This document shows positions 35,865 to 49,032 of a stretch of DNA of 60,419 nucleotides, piece by piece. The position numbers and the translations under genes were made by a program. This stretch comes from Octopus bimaculoides (lineage: Eukaryota), in contig NC_068984.1 in the NCBI RefSeq assembly GCF_001194135.2, positions 1,542,711 to 1,603,129 of the forward strand, in the 5' to 3' direction. Below the pieces are notes generated by a model. That model saw only the letters and a program-made list of their open reading frames with translations, was not told where the DNA came from and did not search any database. Numbering within the stretch: the first letter of the stretch is position 1; every line of letters starts with the position of its first letter.

Positions 35865-36089
35865 GGTAGCTGAGGTTTTTCGCTTTCCTTACCACTTCTT
35901 TTTCTTTTTCTTCTTCTTCTTCTTCTAGAGTAAAAGGTGGGGGAGGGTAAGTGGTTGAAGAGACGAGTTGGTGGTGGCGGCGGAGGCGGGAAAGCTAGAG
36001 GAGGAGGAGGATCTGTTTTTGGCTGCCTCAAACACAACACTTTTCTCATGAAAAAAGGTCAAGGTAGAAAGTGGAGTCGAGAGTTACTT

Positions 36090-36240
36090 CCCTTTACGTT
36101 GCACTTGCATTGTCGCCTCTTGGCGTTCTCAGTTCGAATTCCACCGCAGTCGACACAGCCTTTCATCCTTTCCAGGTCGATAAATTAAGTACCACTAGGG
36201 TCGATGTAATCGACTCATCCCCTCCCCTAAAAAATTGCTG
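36090..36240 (+). mobile_element. SINE family A (5'-degraded)
   Basis: TCAGTTCGAATTCC...GTCGAC..AGCCTTTCATCCTTTCCAGGTCGATAAATTAAGTACC. Confidence 0.75.
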
Positions 36241-36253
36241 CTGTAGTAGCAAA

Positions 36254-36271
36254 ATTATTATTATTATTATT

Positions 36272-36347
<76 letters not shown>
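36254..36347. repeat. Compound microsatellite (ATT)n(ATC)n(ATT)n
   Basis: Read directly; sits between two family A SINEs. Confidence 0.95.
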
Positions 36348-36348
<1 letters not shown>

Positions 36349-36565
36349 GGTAGTGAGCCGGCAGGATCGTTAGCACGCTGGGCGAAATGCTTAGTGCTAT
36401 TTCGCCCGTCGCTTACGTTCTGAGTTCGAATTCCGCCGAGATCGACTTTGCCTTTCATCCTTTTGGGGTCGATAAATTAAGTACCAGTGAAACACTGTGG
36501 TCGATGTAATTAACTAGTCCCCTCCCTCAAAGTTTCAGGCCTTGTGCCTATAGCAGAAAGGATTA
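36348..36565 (+). mobile_element. SINE family A, full length, CpG-rich
   Basis: GGTAGTGAGCCGGCAGGATCGTTAGCACGCTGGGCGAAATG...GAGTTCGAATTCCGCCGAGATCGACTTTGCC...GGCCTTGTGCCTATAGCAGAAAGGATTATT. Confidence 0.9.
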
Positions 36566-37779
36566 TTGTTGTTGTTGTTATAGCGAAATCATTACCACGT
36601 CGGATAAAATACTTTGATGCATTTTTTCTGGCCCTTTATGTACTGAGTTCAAGTCCTGCATGGTCAACTTTGCTTTCATTCTTCTGGGGTTGATGAAAGA
36701 CAGTTCCAATAAAAAGGTTGAAGTATGAAGGCCTTTTACTTAAATTACAAATTATTATTATTATTTTGCTTGCCAACTTTTTTTTCCTCTCAACTTTATC
36801 TTGCTCATTTTATCAACTTCAATACATACAAAACGTGTCTAAGTTTATCTCTCCTAGATAATAACACACAGATTTAAATAGTTGGGTTAGGTGAATAACC
36901 GACAAATTCGTTTCCTTCAGACATGCAATATATCAACCTGCAGAATCATAATTATGTATTTGATAGCATCTAAGATAATTTATTTTTGCCAAGGATTAAT
37001 GGCAAAGTCGACCTCGGTGGAATTTGAACTCAGAACATAAAGACAGATGCAATGCTGCTAGTTAGTGGTTCCAGACCAGAAAAATCTGAAAGCTACTGTT
37101 CAAATATCAGTTAAAATCTTGATACACGTACATGATCAATATTGCTGTTGTTTGTTCCTTCTCGAGCCATGCCTGGCTCATAAGGGCCGATTTCCCAGTT
37201 TCATTGGCGTATAGGTTCCCCACCTGGACGGGAAGCTAGTCTGTCGCAGGTGAGCTGCTAGATGCAGGAGGAAAGAGTGAGAGAAAGTTGTGACGAAAGA
37301 GTCAGGAGAAGTTTGCCGTTGCAACTGGTTCCATTCCTGATGTAGACAGGTTGCTACAGGAAAACTGAGTATTTCATTAGAGTTGACAGACGGTTAGAGA
37401 TGGGAGTGGAGGTTAATGTGGTGAGTAGTGAGCAAAGGTTGATGGTAAATATTGATTGGAAGGGGTAGGTGGTTGGGGTGGGGTGGGGGTAAAAGAGTCA
37501 GAAGTGGCTCAGAAAGTGGAGGAATGAAATACAAAACTGCAAAAGCAGATGGGGGTGGGGAGATGTATAGTAACAGAGATGGAAATGAGAGGACCATAAG
37601 GAGTGGCTATAATGAGTGAAGACGGTAGGAAAAGGAGACGTAAAGAATGCTGATAAAATCCAAGGACAGGGCCCAGCATGTACAGGTGTAAATGAAATGT
37701 TTTTATGACCTTATTTTTGCCATGAGAAAAAAGCCTTCTCAAGTACAGTAAACCACCAACCATCTTGCTTCTCCACAAG

Positions 37780-38115
37780 GTTCAACATCTTGAGATCAGC
37801 TTTATTATTTCACCCTGTGTCTTCCTTAGTCTCACTTTTCCATATGTTCCATCCATTTTGAGTGACCAGCACTTCTTTATACGGTTGTCCTCATCCATAC
37901 ACATCATGTGACCATACCAATGCAGTCTTCTCACCTGCATGCAACATCTGCTGCCTCTTCTGTCCAGTTTTTCTCTCAACACGTTTGCACTTTGTCATAC
38001 ATGTACACTAACATTGCACATCCAATGGAATATGTCAGCTTCTTTCCTTTCAAATCTTCACATATCCTCTGCGTTCAGGGCCCAACATCTCACTACCATG
38101 TAGCATTGCTATCAG
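37780..38115 (-). mobile_element. RTE LINE post-RT fragment
   Basis: LREKLDRRGSRCCMQVRRLHWYGHMMCMDEDNRIKKC...GKVRLRKT. Confidence 0.85.
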
Positions 38116-38526
38116 TGTGTGTGTGTGTGTGTGTATTCTATGTATACCCTGTGATCGTTATAACAATGGAAACCAAGAGCAGGAAAGTTTCACTTAAATA
38201 ACATTGAATTCTTTCCACAGCTTTCTTTTAGAATGTAAGGGAACAAGGAATTCCAAATAATGGTTATTTGTCTATTTGATATGTTTGTGAATTTTTTATA
38301 TCTGAATTCTCTTTCATCCCCAGAAAGCTGAATGTGTTTGTGGGTTTATGGCAATTACTTGTATTGTTATTGGTTGATTTACTTCATGGTGTAAAGTGGT
38401 TGTCATTAGGAAGGGCATCCAGCCATAAAAAAATCCATGCCAAAGCAAACATTGGAGATTGATGTAGTCCTTAGACACATTGATTCCTGTCAAATACCCT
38501 TTGCCAGCATGAAACATGGATGTTAA

Positions 38527-38559
<33 letters not shown>

Positions 38560-38870
38560 ATCATCATCATACAGTTGTTTTAGGTTTGGATAACGTTTAG
38601 ATAATGGTTTCTAGTTTTGGATGGTTCTGTGGCATATATATATAAATATATNNNNNNNNNNNNNNNNNNNNNNNNNNNNNNNNNNNNNNNNNNNNNNNNN
38701 NNNNNNNNNNNNNNNNNNNNNNNNNNNNNNNNNNNNNNNNNNNNNNNNNNNNNNNNNNNNNNNNNNNNNNNNNNNNNNNNNNNNNNNNNNNNNNNNNNNN
38801 NNNNNNNNNNNNNNNNNNNNNNNNNNNNNNNNNNNNNNNNNNNNNNNNNNNNNNNNNNNNNNNNNNNNNN

Positions 38871-38948
<78 letters not shown>

Positions 38949-39187
38949 AATGTATATGTGTGTGTGTGTGTACACATGTACATATGTGTTTGCATATGTA
39001 TATATGTATGTATATGTATTATCTGTGTTACCTTAAATTGAAAATTTAATTACAAATTTATCCATTAACAACATTGAAAAAACAGATTTTTGCTTTTAGT
39101 CATTTCTATGACATTTATTTTAGAAGAAATAATAAATATATTGGATCTTTTCTGGTGGGGACCGGGGGAGGAGGAGGAGGAGGAGGA

Positions 39188-39218
<31 letters not shown>

Positions 39219-39599
39219 TTTCTCCTTAGTTTTAACCAAAGTAATTGACATTTTGAAACCACGATATAATTTATAATTTGGACATTTTATTGCCAAGAGT
39301 TGAGTAAAGCTGGCGCTAGATTAAAATGTCAAAATTTCCAAAGATGTTGCATTTATAATTGTGAAACAACAGACTAAGCAGCCTAGTTGTGTGTCGGTAA
39401 TTTGAGTCAGGAATTACAGTCTGAAGTTACTCTGGGAATTTTCTAGTTTGGTCTCAGAATATTTCTGTATTTAATTTCTACAGATTTTGTAAATTTTCAG
39501 CTCATTTTTTATCTTTTTCTTTTCTCTTGACTTTTATTTTCTTATCACATCACATTTTCTCTCTTGTTATATTTGTCTCCCTTCTTGTCCTCTCCTTTT

Positions 39600-39631
<32 letters not shown>

Positions 39632-40198
39632 GCACATGCACACACACTACAATGATTTTCCCAAGTCAAAGCTGGTTGGCTCTGTAGAGAATGTAGACCT
39701 GCTAACAACAACAGCCAAATCTCCCTCAGCTCACATTCTGCTACCTCCAAAAATGAAATCCACTTTGAACCATGCAATCTTTGAGATACAAAAATTACAG
39801 GTAAACTTTTGATCACCAATCCGCTAAGTTGGGGACAAATTACAACTAAACCCCAACAATAGGTGCTACAGCAGGAACAACAGCAACACTAGCAGCAGCT
39901 GCCACCACCATCATTACCATGACCTCTGCAACAGCTACAGAATCACCAGCAGCAGCAGCAGCAGCAAGTCCAATAACAACAACAACAACAGTCTATGAGA
40001 ATGCTTTGAGTCATTTATGGAAGAGAGTAAAAAGCAAATAATTATGATTAATTAAATTTGGCTGCTCATTATCACATTAATGTTGCTCAGCTGTATATGA
40101 CTCTACACACCTGTATATAAACTGGTATACACCTTTGTGTAGCTGTATATACCCATATATACACCTGTATATATCTGTTTACATGGTTTGAGTGAGAG

Positions 40199-40227
40199 TA
40201 TTTGACTCAGTCACACTGAGTCAAATA
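40199..40227. repeat. Perfect 13-bp hairpin with two AP-1-like sites
   Basis: TATTTGACTCAGT-CAC-ACTGAGTCAAATA; contains TGACTCA and TGAGTCA. Confidence 0.85.
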
Positions 40228-40636
40228 GTGTTTAAGGAGACTCGGAATCACAAAAGTGTGGGGATTTTGTTGTTTTTTTAGAGGAAAGAATGGTAGGGCC
40301 CCACGATTTGTGCAGGACCTCAAATCTTTGTGAGACTCCTGATCTTTGTAGGGTCTCTAATTTGTGCCACTCTTTTGTAGGGCTTCTGATCACTGCATGG
40401 ACCGGTGATCTAACACATGTATATATACACAGACAGACTAGTACAACCATCATATATGCACGTAATTGCATACATACATGCATACATACATGCATGCATA
40501 CATACATACATACATACATACATACATACATACATAAATACATCCATACATAAATACATCCATATATACATGCAAACAAAACATACAATCATGCACACAT
40601 ACATACTTGTATACATACATATGTACATACATACAC

Positions 40637-41850
40637 TGGTTCACAAGGAAACAGAAATATCAAAATTACACACTGTTTCTTTGTGGATGACTTAAAACTA
40701 TATGCAAAGAATATACATGAGATGAAAAAAAGCCTTGACCAGGTTACAACATTCTCAAAGGATGCAGGGTTGGAGTTTGGTCAGGATAAATGTTATATGG
40801 TTGTGAAAAAGGAGAATACTATAAANNNNNNNNNNAACATTCTCAAAGGATGCAGGGTTGGAGTTTGGTCAGGATAAATGTTATATGGTTGTGAAAAAGG
40901 AGAATACTATAAACCAGACTAGTAACGTCTCCATTAATGATTTGACTGTTTCCACTAGATCTGACGAGGAATGTTACAGGTATCTAAGGGTGGAAGAAAA
41001 CATATCTTACAATGGCACCTGTAACAAAACTCGTGTCGCTAAAGAATATTACAACCGAATAAAGAAAATTTGGACCTCAGAACTCTCTGCATTCAATAAA
41101 ACAATAGCCCACAGTGTGTTTGCACTGCCAGTACTCATACCAGCGTTTAGGCTGCTTGATTGGACGCTTGATGAGATCCGAGCCATTGATGTGAAAACCT
41201 AAAAAATACTAACAAGCACACATAGTTTCCACATAAACAGTGATGTAGACTGCCTTGACCTAAAATGAAGACAAGGTGGCCGAGGCTTAACATCAATCCA
41301 AAATGCCTTTGAATGTCGCATCACGTGCCTTTGGCAACATCTTTTAACCACAACGTGTCGAAGTGCATCCCTTGACCAAGTCTGCATACCTGAGACTGAT
41401 AACATCATAAGACTTGGAAGGCAGCTCCTTGAGCAACACTCTTTGTCTGATAACCTAGAATACATGACCAAAGAAGTAGCACGATTCTATCGCAGCGTAT
41501 CATCAGATGAAAGGATGAGCCTATATGAGCAGAAGACTACGCATGGATGTGTTAGTAGAAAGCTCGGAGATAATAGTAAAATTGATCATGAAAGCAGTTT
41601 ATCACAGACGAATAACCGGATTACTAGCTCTCACTTTGAAGGGTATGCGTTTACGATCCAGGATTGCAAGCGCATACCCTTCAAAGTGGGAGGTAGTAAT
41701 CCGGGTATTGATCCATGGTAAACTGCTTTGATGATCAATGTTACTATCATCTTGGGGCTTTCTAGTAACACATCCATGCGTAGTCTTCTGCTCATATAGG
41801 CTCATCCTTTCATCTTCCAGGAGCTTTCTGCAAACATATCCATGCATGTA
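40637..41850 (+). mobile_element. Dong/R4-like LINE fragment: RT C-terminal part and downstream region, ending in a fold-back inversion
   Basis: ITHCFFVDDLKLYAK (RT catalytic motif), GLEFGQDKC, YRYLRV.EN, KEYYNRIKKIWTSELSAFNKTIAHSVFALPVL, GGRGL, HG.V.RK, HFEGYAF.IQD. A small second fragment of this family is at ~46195-46305. Confidence 0.88.
41505..41815. repeat. Spacer-less palindrome, 155-bp arms centred on 41660
   Basis: Arms 41505-41659 and 41661-41815 align without indels; outer 50 bp identical, inner 105 bp with 18 mismatches (manual count). Confidence 0.95.
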
Positions 41851-44800
41851 TGTGTGTGTAAGTATATTTGTGGGTGTGTGTATGTATATTTATGTGTGTG
41901 TGTGTGTATGTATATTTGTGTGTGTGTATGTATATTTGTATGTGTGTATGTAAGTATATTTGTGTATATATATGTATATTTGCGTATATGTCTTTGTGTT
42001 TGATCCCACTACCACTTGACAACTAGTGTTGGTTTGTTTACATCCCTATAACTTACTGGTTTGATAAAAGAAACCAATAGAGTAGAGTACCAGACTCAGA
42101 AATGATTACCAGGGACAATTTATTCAACCAAACTCACGAAGCTGATGCCTCACCATGGCAACAGTCCAACAACAAAAACAAGTAAAAAATAAACAATTAT
42201 AACTTGAAAGAAATGAAGGTTTTAAGTATGGCCTGCATCAATTATAAAAGATGGAGAAATGCTGCAGACGAGCAGAATGTGATGGTTGATATGTTGAAGG
42301 AAGTGACTTAAACAAGAGGCACTTAAGAAACGGGAGTGACTTCATTTGTAAGAATGGCAGATTGAGGAGTGACATAGCAGTGGAGAGGGTTGTGAGATTT
42401 TTGTAAATTAGAGCTTGTTTCAAGTCTGATTCTTGTAGTTCCTTTGGGCAATGTTTGATTTAAAATGTATCTTTTATTGTCTCAAACTGAAAGGAAGAGG
42501 CAGAGAGAGAGGAGAAAGAAGAGTTTGGAATTAGTTCAGTTATAGCTCAATGTCTTGATTTGGATTGGTAGTGTCCCTCTTCAGATTTAAATGTGTGTGT
42601 GTGTGCGTGTGTGCATGCATGCGTGTGTGCGTGTGCATGCATGCGTGTGTGCGTGCATGTGTGAATAGGAAGCAATCCTGTGAGTCCTGCGTTAGAGTAA
42701 GCAGAATGTTTAAATTGTTTGAGGCCACATTTTGTTAATTTGCATCTTTTATTTTTAATATATGAGTTAAAGCTAGTTTAAAGTGTTGCCATATTTTGTT
42801 TGTGGTCAGCCATTTGTTGCTTTTGTTGTTCAGCCAGAGGTCACCACTGATCAAAGGCACTCCATCTACCACAATTTCATTGTTTTCCGAAGAGTATCTG
42901 TGAAATCCCATCAACTAATGTGTTGTATTTTGAATAAAATGTAATGTTATTTGAGAGAGATTTGGCTGTTATTTCTAGCAGATTGCACAACCTCAAAGAG
43001 ACTCCCCCATTGACCTGTTGTTAAAACTGATGTGTTATGGACTTCATTAGGTTTTGTTTGTGTTTCAAATAGAGCAAAATGTGTTGAAAGGACACAACAC
43101 AGTGGAGGCATCTGACCCAGTTGTGTGGTCAGTATAAAAAGGTCAGTGCATGTAGTGGTTGTGAGGTTAAGGTGCTGAACTATAGGTTCAAACCTTAGAT
43201 TATTCAATGTGTTGATCTCTTGAGCAAGACATATAACTCTACGCACCTCAAGTATCTTACACACAAACATAACAAGAAATACATCTTTCTATAAAAGCAT
43301 TTCTTCTATGCCAAAGTACAAATATGCGAAAACCATTCCTTACATGTCTGTGGTAGAAAATAGATGAAAAGAATAATGAGACTTTACTGGAAAATAGGCA
43401 CCAGTTTCTGTTGGTTGTTGTGAGAAACAGCTACAAAATAGATTTCAAAATTTGTATCTCCATTTAACCCACAGTTAAATTTTAAAAAAGAAAAGAGAAA
43501 ATCATCTTTCCCCTTTTTTGTTTCCTGTTTTCTTTTCGTTTCCATTTTATTTTCTTCTGTTCATAATTCCCAAATTATTTCAGTTTTGGTCTCTTCTAGT
43601 TGTGACCATGTTGCCATTCAAAACACCATTCCTCATTCAAAACTGACAACTTTTACAAAACATGATTCCTAGCATGATATTCAGAGTATGCCAAACCTTG
43701 AGACAAGAATTAGGCCAAGTGTTTGTGTACCATTTCTCTGCAAGAATCATGGAAGGAGCAATCTCTTCCAAATATTTATGGAAATTTTTGTATCTATTGA
43801 AATTCAGAGATTTTTTTTATAGAATTTTAAATGATCTCACACAAATGGTTCCATCTTCTTAGCGTGGAACCGTCAAGATATTTGGTCTCCAAAGGGTTAA
43901 AATGAGATCGCAAGAATGTTTTGTTTGAAATACTATAATTAACACTATATTTTAAATATCTTAATTAAATATCGTAATTAACACAATACAAATGAATGAA
44001 AGATCTAATTATATAAGGAAAATACTATTTTATAAAAGACCAAAAAATTGGTAGTTCTTGAAAAAGAAATGATTTTCTCTCCTTAAAAGCTTTGGAATTC
44101 TTTCTGGCATAATTTCAGGAAATATTATCTTTTACTGTTTACATTGTCTTCTTTGGTATAACATCTGTACTCTGTGACTTGGTCAAAGCCAGTTAAACAA
44201 AGAACTCTTGCTGTAAATACAGATTATCCTTGTGGCTTAATGTCAGAATTGATGTTTGTCCATCAGAGCTTTTGTCCCACAAACGTCAGCAATGGCTGAT
44301 TGCGATATCTCCAGTCTTTGTTCCAACTGACCCAAAATGTCCTTCAAGGTTTACTGGAGGAAAACAAAAGTACAGCAGCAACAATGTTGTCTGTATTAGA
44401 CTCAATACACCACCACCACCACCACCACCACCTCCACCACCACCACTTGTTTTTTATTGTCCCTTTTTTGTATCAATTGTCTGGTTGTTTTGTTGTCCCT
44501 TTTTTGTATCATCTAATCGTCTGGATGTTTAGCATTCTTGTCCCATTTTTTGTATTCCTGTATATATATATTTGGAAGTGTTGGTTGAATATCAGTTATG
44601 CGGTGGCACTTGATCGCGTACATATTTAATCTTAACACTCTCAAATTTATATTTCGAAATGCTGCACTGAAGATGAGAAATAAGTAAGTAAATATGACTT
44701 TACTTTCATCTCGAAACACGTCTGTAGCTAATCTGAGTCGTGTGGATTCGTTACTTTTTTCTTTTTACCTACGTAAAAAAGTGTATTACTGTCTGGGAGA

Positions 44801-45029
44801 TCTTTATGGCAGTAGAAAAGGCATTTAGCTGCTATTTCTAAAATCAGTGCATAGCAAGGCTATTAGCTGACCCCTTGATTATAATTATAGAATATTTATA
44901 TANNNNNNNNNNNNNNNNNNNNNNNNNNNNNNNNNNNNNNNTATATATATATATATATATATATATGTACATAGTGCAATTTATAGACATATAAGAGGAG
45001 CAGTAGTATCACAGAAAGGTTAACAGAGA

Positions 45030-45600
45030 AAGTAGTCCCAAGTGAGCAGTAAAGAAGGACGATTTGAAAGTGTGGTCGCTAGAATAAGAATGGGTTGGGC
45101 AAAATTCAGAGTTGCTACTTTTGTTGGTAACAAAAGACTTCCTCTTCAGAGTGAAAGGCAGATTGTATGATGCCTGTGTGCAGTCAGCTATGCTGCATGG
45201 CAGTGAAACATGGGCTGTGGCTAATGAAGACCTGTGAAGGCTTGAAAGAAATGAAAGTAGCATGCTCCACCGGATGTGCAATGTCAGTGTGCATGTATGA
45301 TAGAGTGTAAATGATTCTAAGAGGAAAACTGGGTATAAGAGGTATCAGATGTTGTGTGCAAGAGAGAAGGCTGTGCTGATATGGTCATGTGATGTGTATG
45401 GATGAGGACAGCTGCATAAATAAGTGCAGAGCTATAATTGTGGAGGGAACCTGTGGAAGAGATAGACCTAGGAAGATGTGGGATGAAGTGGTGAGAAAGG
45501 ATCTTCAGATGTTGGGCCACACAGAAGAGATGGCAAGGGAGCAAGACTTCTTGCAATTTGATGTGTTTGAGAAGACACGTCAAGCGAAGTAAAATCATGG
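45030..45600 (+). mobile_element. RTE LINE C-terminal region
   Basis: RIRMGWAKFR.LL...RVKGRLYDACVQSAMLHGSETWAV...WYGHVMCMDEDSCINKCRAIIVEGTCGRDRPRKMWDEVVRKDL. Confidence 0.9.
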
Positions 45601-45659
45601 CCATCCATACATACAGACATGGCCTATATGGTCAGCCCCCCCCCCTGCCATGCACACAA

Positions 45660-46170
45660 CATCCCCCATCCCACCACAGCTAGTAAGCTGGAGAGCTGCA
45701 CCAGGTTCCAATCTGATTTGGTATGGTTTCTGTGGTTGGATGCCTCTCCTAATACCAACCCCTTTACAGTCTGTTGGTTGCTTTTATGATGCACCGCGCG
45801 AGCATTTTTATGTGGCATCACATGGATGCTTTTATGTGGCACTGCCAGAAGTGCTTTTCACCACTAGAGAGGCTAGTCTTAACACTTCTGCTGTGGAGTG
45901 CAGTTCTTCTTGTGTACAGCCAGGTACCAGGCATCTCAGTTCTTTGTCATCTCATCTGAAAGCTCCAGCATTCTGAGGTTGTTCTTCAGCACTTCATCCT
46001 GGGTCTCCCACTTCCATGTGTTCCGTCTATTTTGAGAGACCAGCACTTCTTTAGGGAGCTGTCAGCATCCATCCAAGTGCAGTCTTCTCTCTTGCACACA
46101 GCATCTAATTCATCTTATGCCCAACTTCTCTCTCAAAACACTTGCACTCTGTCAAACATGTACACTTATA
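45660..46170 (-). mobile_element. RTE LINE C-terminus and 3' UTR, opposite orientation to 45030-45600
   Basis: Reverse complement contains GGAAGTGGGAGACCCAGGATGAAGTG (GRPRK.WDEV-like), GTGCAAGAGAG and the AGGCATCCAACCAC tail motif. Confidence 0.75.
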
Positions 46171-47119
46171 TCACACATCCAATATACATAAATATATTGA
46201 CTGTTTTCACTATATCTGACGAGGAATGTTACTGGTATCTAGGGGTGGATGAAAACATCTTACAATGGCGCCTGTAACAAAACACGTCACTAAAGAATAT
46301 GGTAGCATACCATAAGAATACTACCGGCTATTTGGAGATTCTAAGGGTGAACGTGCTCTATTTGTACTCTTACATGTTCTTAACAGAACACATCTCAACT
46401 ATCATCATCATCATATATATACATCATCATCATCGTCATTTAACGTCCGCTTTCCATGCTGGCATGGGTCGGACAGTTTGACTGAGCTGTGAGAGTCAAA
46501 AGTAATTTTATAAAAAGTATAACTCTACTTTTAATACTGAGTCTCCTCCTCAAACTGGCAGAATCATTACTGCACCAGACTCAATGCTTAGCAGTATTTC
46601 TTCTGAATTAACATTCTCAGTTCAAATGCTGTTGGGGTCGACTTTGCTTTTGATCTTTTCAGGGTCGATAAAATAAGTACCAATTGAGCATTAGGGGAGG
46701 TGGGGGTCGATGAAATCGACTTAGCCCCTCCCCTCCCCCGAAATTGGGCATTGTGCCAATATCTGTAAAGCCACATTGGTTCTTCTCATTGTTGTTATTC
46801 TTAAACTTGCTTAAGAATAACTTTAAAGGAACTTACACAATGAATGATGTATAAACCTTTATTTCTTATAGTGCTGCAAGCTTAGTTTTTAGGGAGATCA
46901 ACAACTAGGAGCCATGTGGCCCCCAACAGAGAGCTGTAGCAGTGTTTTCAGGGCCGTGTGCAAAAATGTATAAATGAAAAATAAATAGAAAGTAGTGTGT
47001 TTGGGTGCAGAAGAAATTTACGTGAAACGCAACTTTGGTACAATTCTCACATTTCATTTTTCATATTAACAAGTTCAGTGAAATAAATTTTGAATCTTGA
47101 GATAATCTGCTGCTCTATA

Positions 47120-47335
47120 ATCCTTTCTACTTTAGGTACCAGAGCTGAAATTTAGGGTAGGGGAACTAGTAGATTACATCGATCTGGTGTTTCATTGGTA
47201 CTTAATTTATCGACTCCGAAAGGATGAAAGGCAAAGTCGACCTCGGCGGAATTTGAACTTAGAACATAACGACAGACGAAACACCGCTAAGCCTTTCGCC
47301 CGGCTCGCTAACGATCCTGCCCGTTCGCTGCCTTT
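47120..47335 (-). mobile_element. SINE family A, CpG-rich
   Basis: Reverse complement GGCAGCGAACGGGCAGGATCGTTAGCGAGCCGGGCGAAAGGC...CCGCCGAGGTCGACTTTGCCTTTCATCCTTTCGG. Confidence 0.88.
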
Positions 47336-48699
47336 TTAATAACTGAATCTATGGAGCTGAAATACAAGACCATCTCGTAGATAAAACTTTCAACAAATTT
47401 ATTCATTACGCAGTCATGAGGATGTGCGTCTGTTAAAACAAACTAGCATTTACTCAAAAAATTTACAAACTATAAAGTTGGCTAGACCTGCTAGAAATAA
47501 CAGCCAAATTGCTCTTAGAGCACAGACTAATGTAGTCCAAGATACAGTTTTCCTGAAAACACGTTAGTCACAAATGGGAAACATCCCAACATAGATCTAT
47601 TCAATCAGGGTTCACCGACACTAAAGGAGACAACATGTACATAAAACATTCCCCACGGTGGAACGTCTACGTGCTCTCTGCATTTGCTAGAAACGATAGC
47701 CAAATCTCCCTCTTATCTAATGCACCCCATAGAAGCATGGAAGGGATTTTCGTTTCCCCTCATTATCAGTGACTTTTCTATTTTCCCTTTCATTTGCAAT
47801 TTCTTATCTATATTTTAAACATCTGGGATTATAAGTTAAAAAAAAACGTAACTTTTTAAAATATAAAGTTTGAACAAAATTTCAGAAAAAAAAGGTGAAA
47901 ACTGAAAAATTACGGGAAAAGAGGGTGGGCAACCCCTATCTTCTTTGCAGAATCTTGCTCTACAGTGCTTAAAACATACGCATACAAAGAAATTACTGTT
48001 TTGGGAGCACTAGATAATTTCCGACTCTATTCTACAGGAATGCCCACTGTAGTTAAAAAACAACAACAAAAAAAACGACCACGTAAGATAATGTTGTCCA
48101 AGTTAGACTATTTTCGTAAATAAGATGGGATAGTCACAGCTGGAAAGCCTTTGATAGTAGTTCTGCTTCCTTGGGTTGACAGAAGATTAAACAAATATAC
48201 ATCGAGAGCTAACGAGGGAGTCTCTACGTGGTCGTTGGACATATTAGAAATAGCAGCTAAATTTCACTCAAATAACATCCTACTACTATTTTAGAAAAAA
48301 GTCAGTATAAAATGATTTTGGATTCCCTACGCACGGGGGAAAATGATAGGATGGTCATGGCTGGAACAACTTTGATCAAAGGCTTACTCGATCATAGCTG
48401 ACCTGGGGTTAAACAACCTCCTGTGCAGCAGTGTCAGGCAGAAAAGAAGCATTTAAAATAGATGACAGACTGGTGTAGTTCACAGTTGACAAATTACTCT
48501 GGCCTAGATACATTAATGCCGTTATTTGAGCAATTAATTTTCCCTGCAGCACACAAGGCAGCGACGGGAAACGACATTTTTCTGATAGGTTTGTCTTTCA
48601 AAAAAACGTCTATAAAAATAATTCTAGCAGGGAATTTGGTGGAAAGTGAGGATGTTTGTTTAGAGGGAAACCTCCCAGATCTGGAACCGTTCTAATTTT

Positions 48700-48985
48700 G
48701 GTTAAAAATCCCGGAAGTCGGTGCTTGGAAAGGGAGAAATCATTTCTGGTGAAATGTAAACGTCACTTGCTGCCTTCGTCGTCACCATCTCCTCCAGCAT
48801 CCATCCTTGTTGTTCTTCTTTTTTAGAAGTGCTCCCTTTTCTTTTATACGCTTTAACCCCTTTTTTCTCTCCTCCCTCATCGACGTTGCTGTCGGTGCAG
48901 TTGTATAATTCAAAGGGGTTTTTCTTTTTGCTGCAACCTACATCTATTATTTCAGGTCCTCACATTTAGTCTTCTGTCTTGCAAG
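48700..48985 (+). promoter_or_regulatory. Candidate promoter and first (non-coding or micro-) exon of an unidentified plus-strand gene
   Basis: CpG-retaining unique sequence, ETS-type CCGGAAGT at 48711-48718, pyrimidine-rich leader, consensus donor CAAG|GTAAGC after 48985, possible acceptor TTTTCAG| before 48956. Confidence 0.4.
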
Positions 48986-49000
48986 GTAAGCAGATGCATG

Positions 49001-49032
<32 letters not shown>

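Noticed and set aside
39850-40035. Thr/Ala-rich reading frame with (CAG)n and (AAC)n
   Set aside because: Low-complexity trinucleotide sequence without splice or homology support.
40748-40912. Direct duplication of ~80 bp on both sides of a short N gap (also at ~53680-53820 and ~12050-12170)
   Set aside because: Identical sequence flanking a short gap is the signature of unmerged contig overlaps, not a biological duplication.
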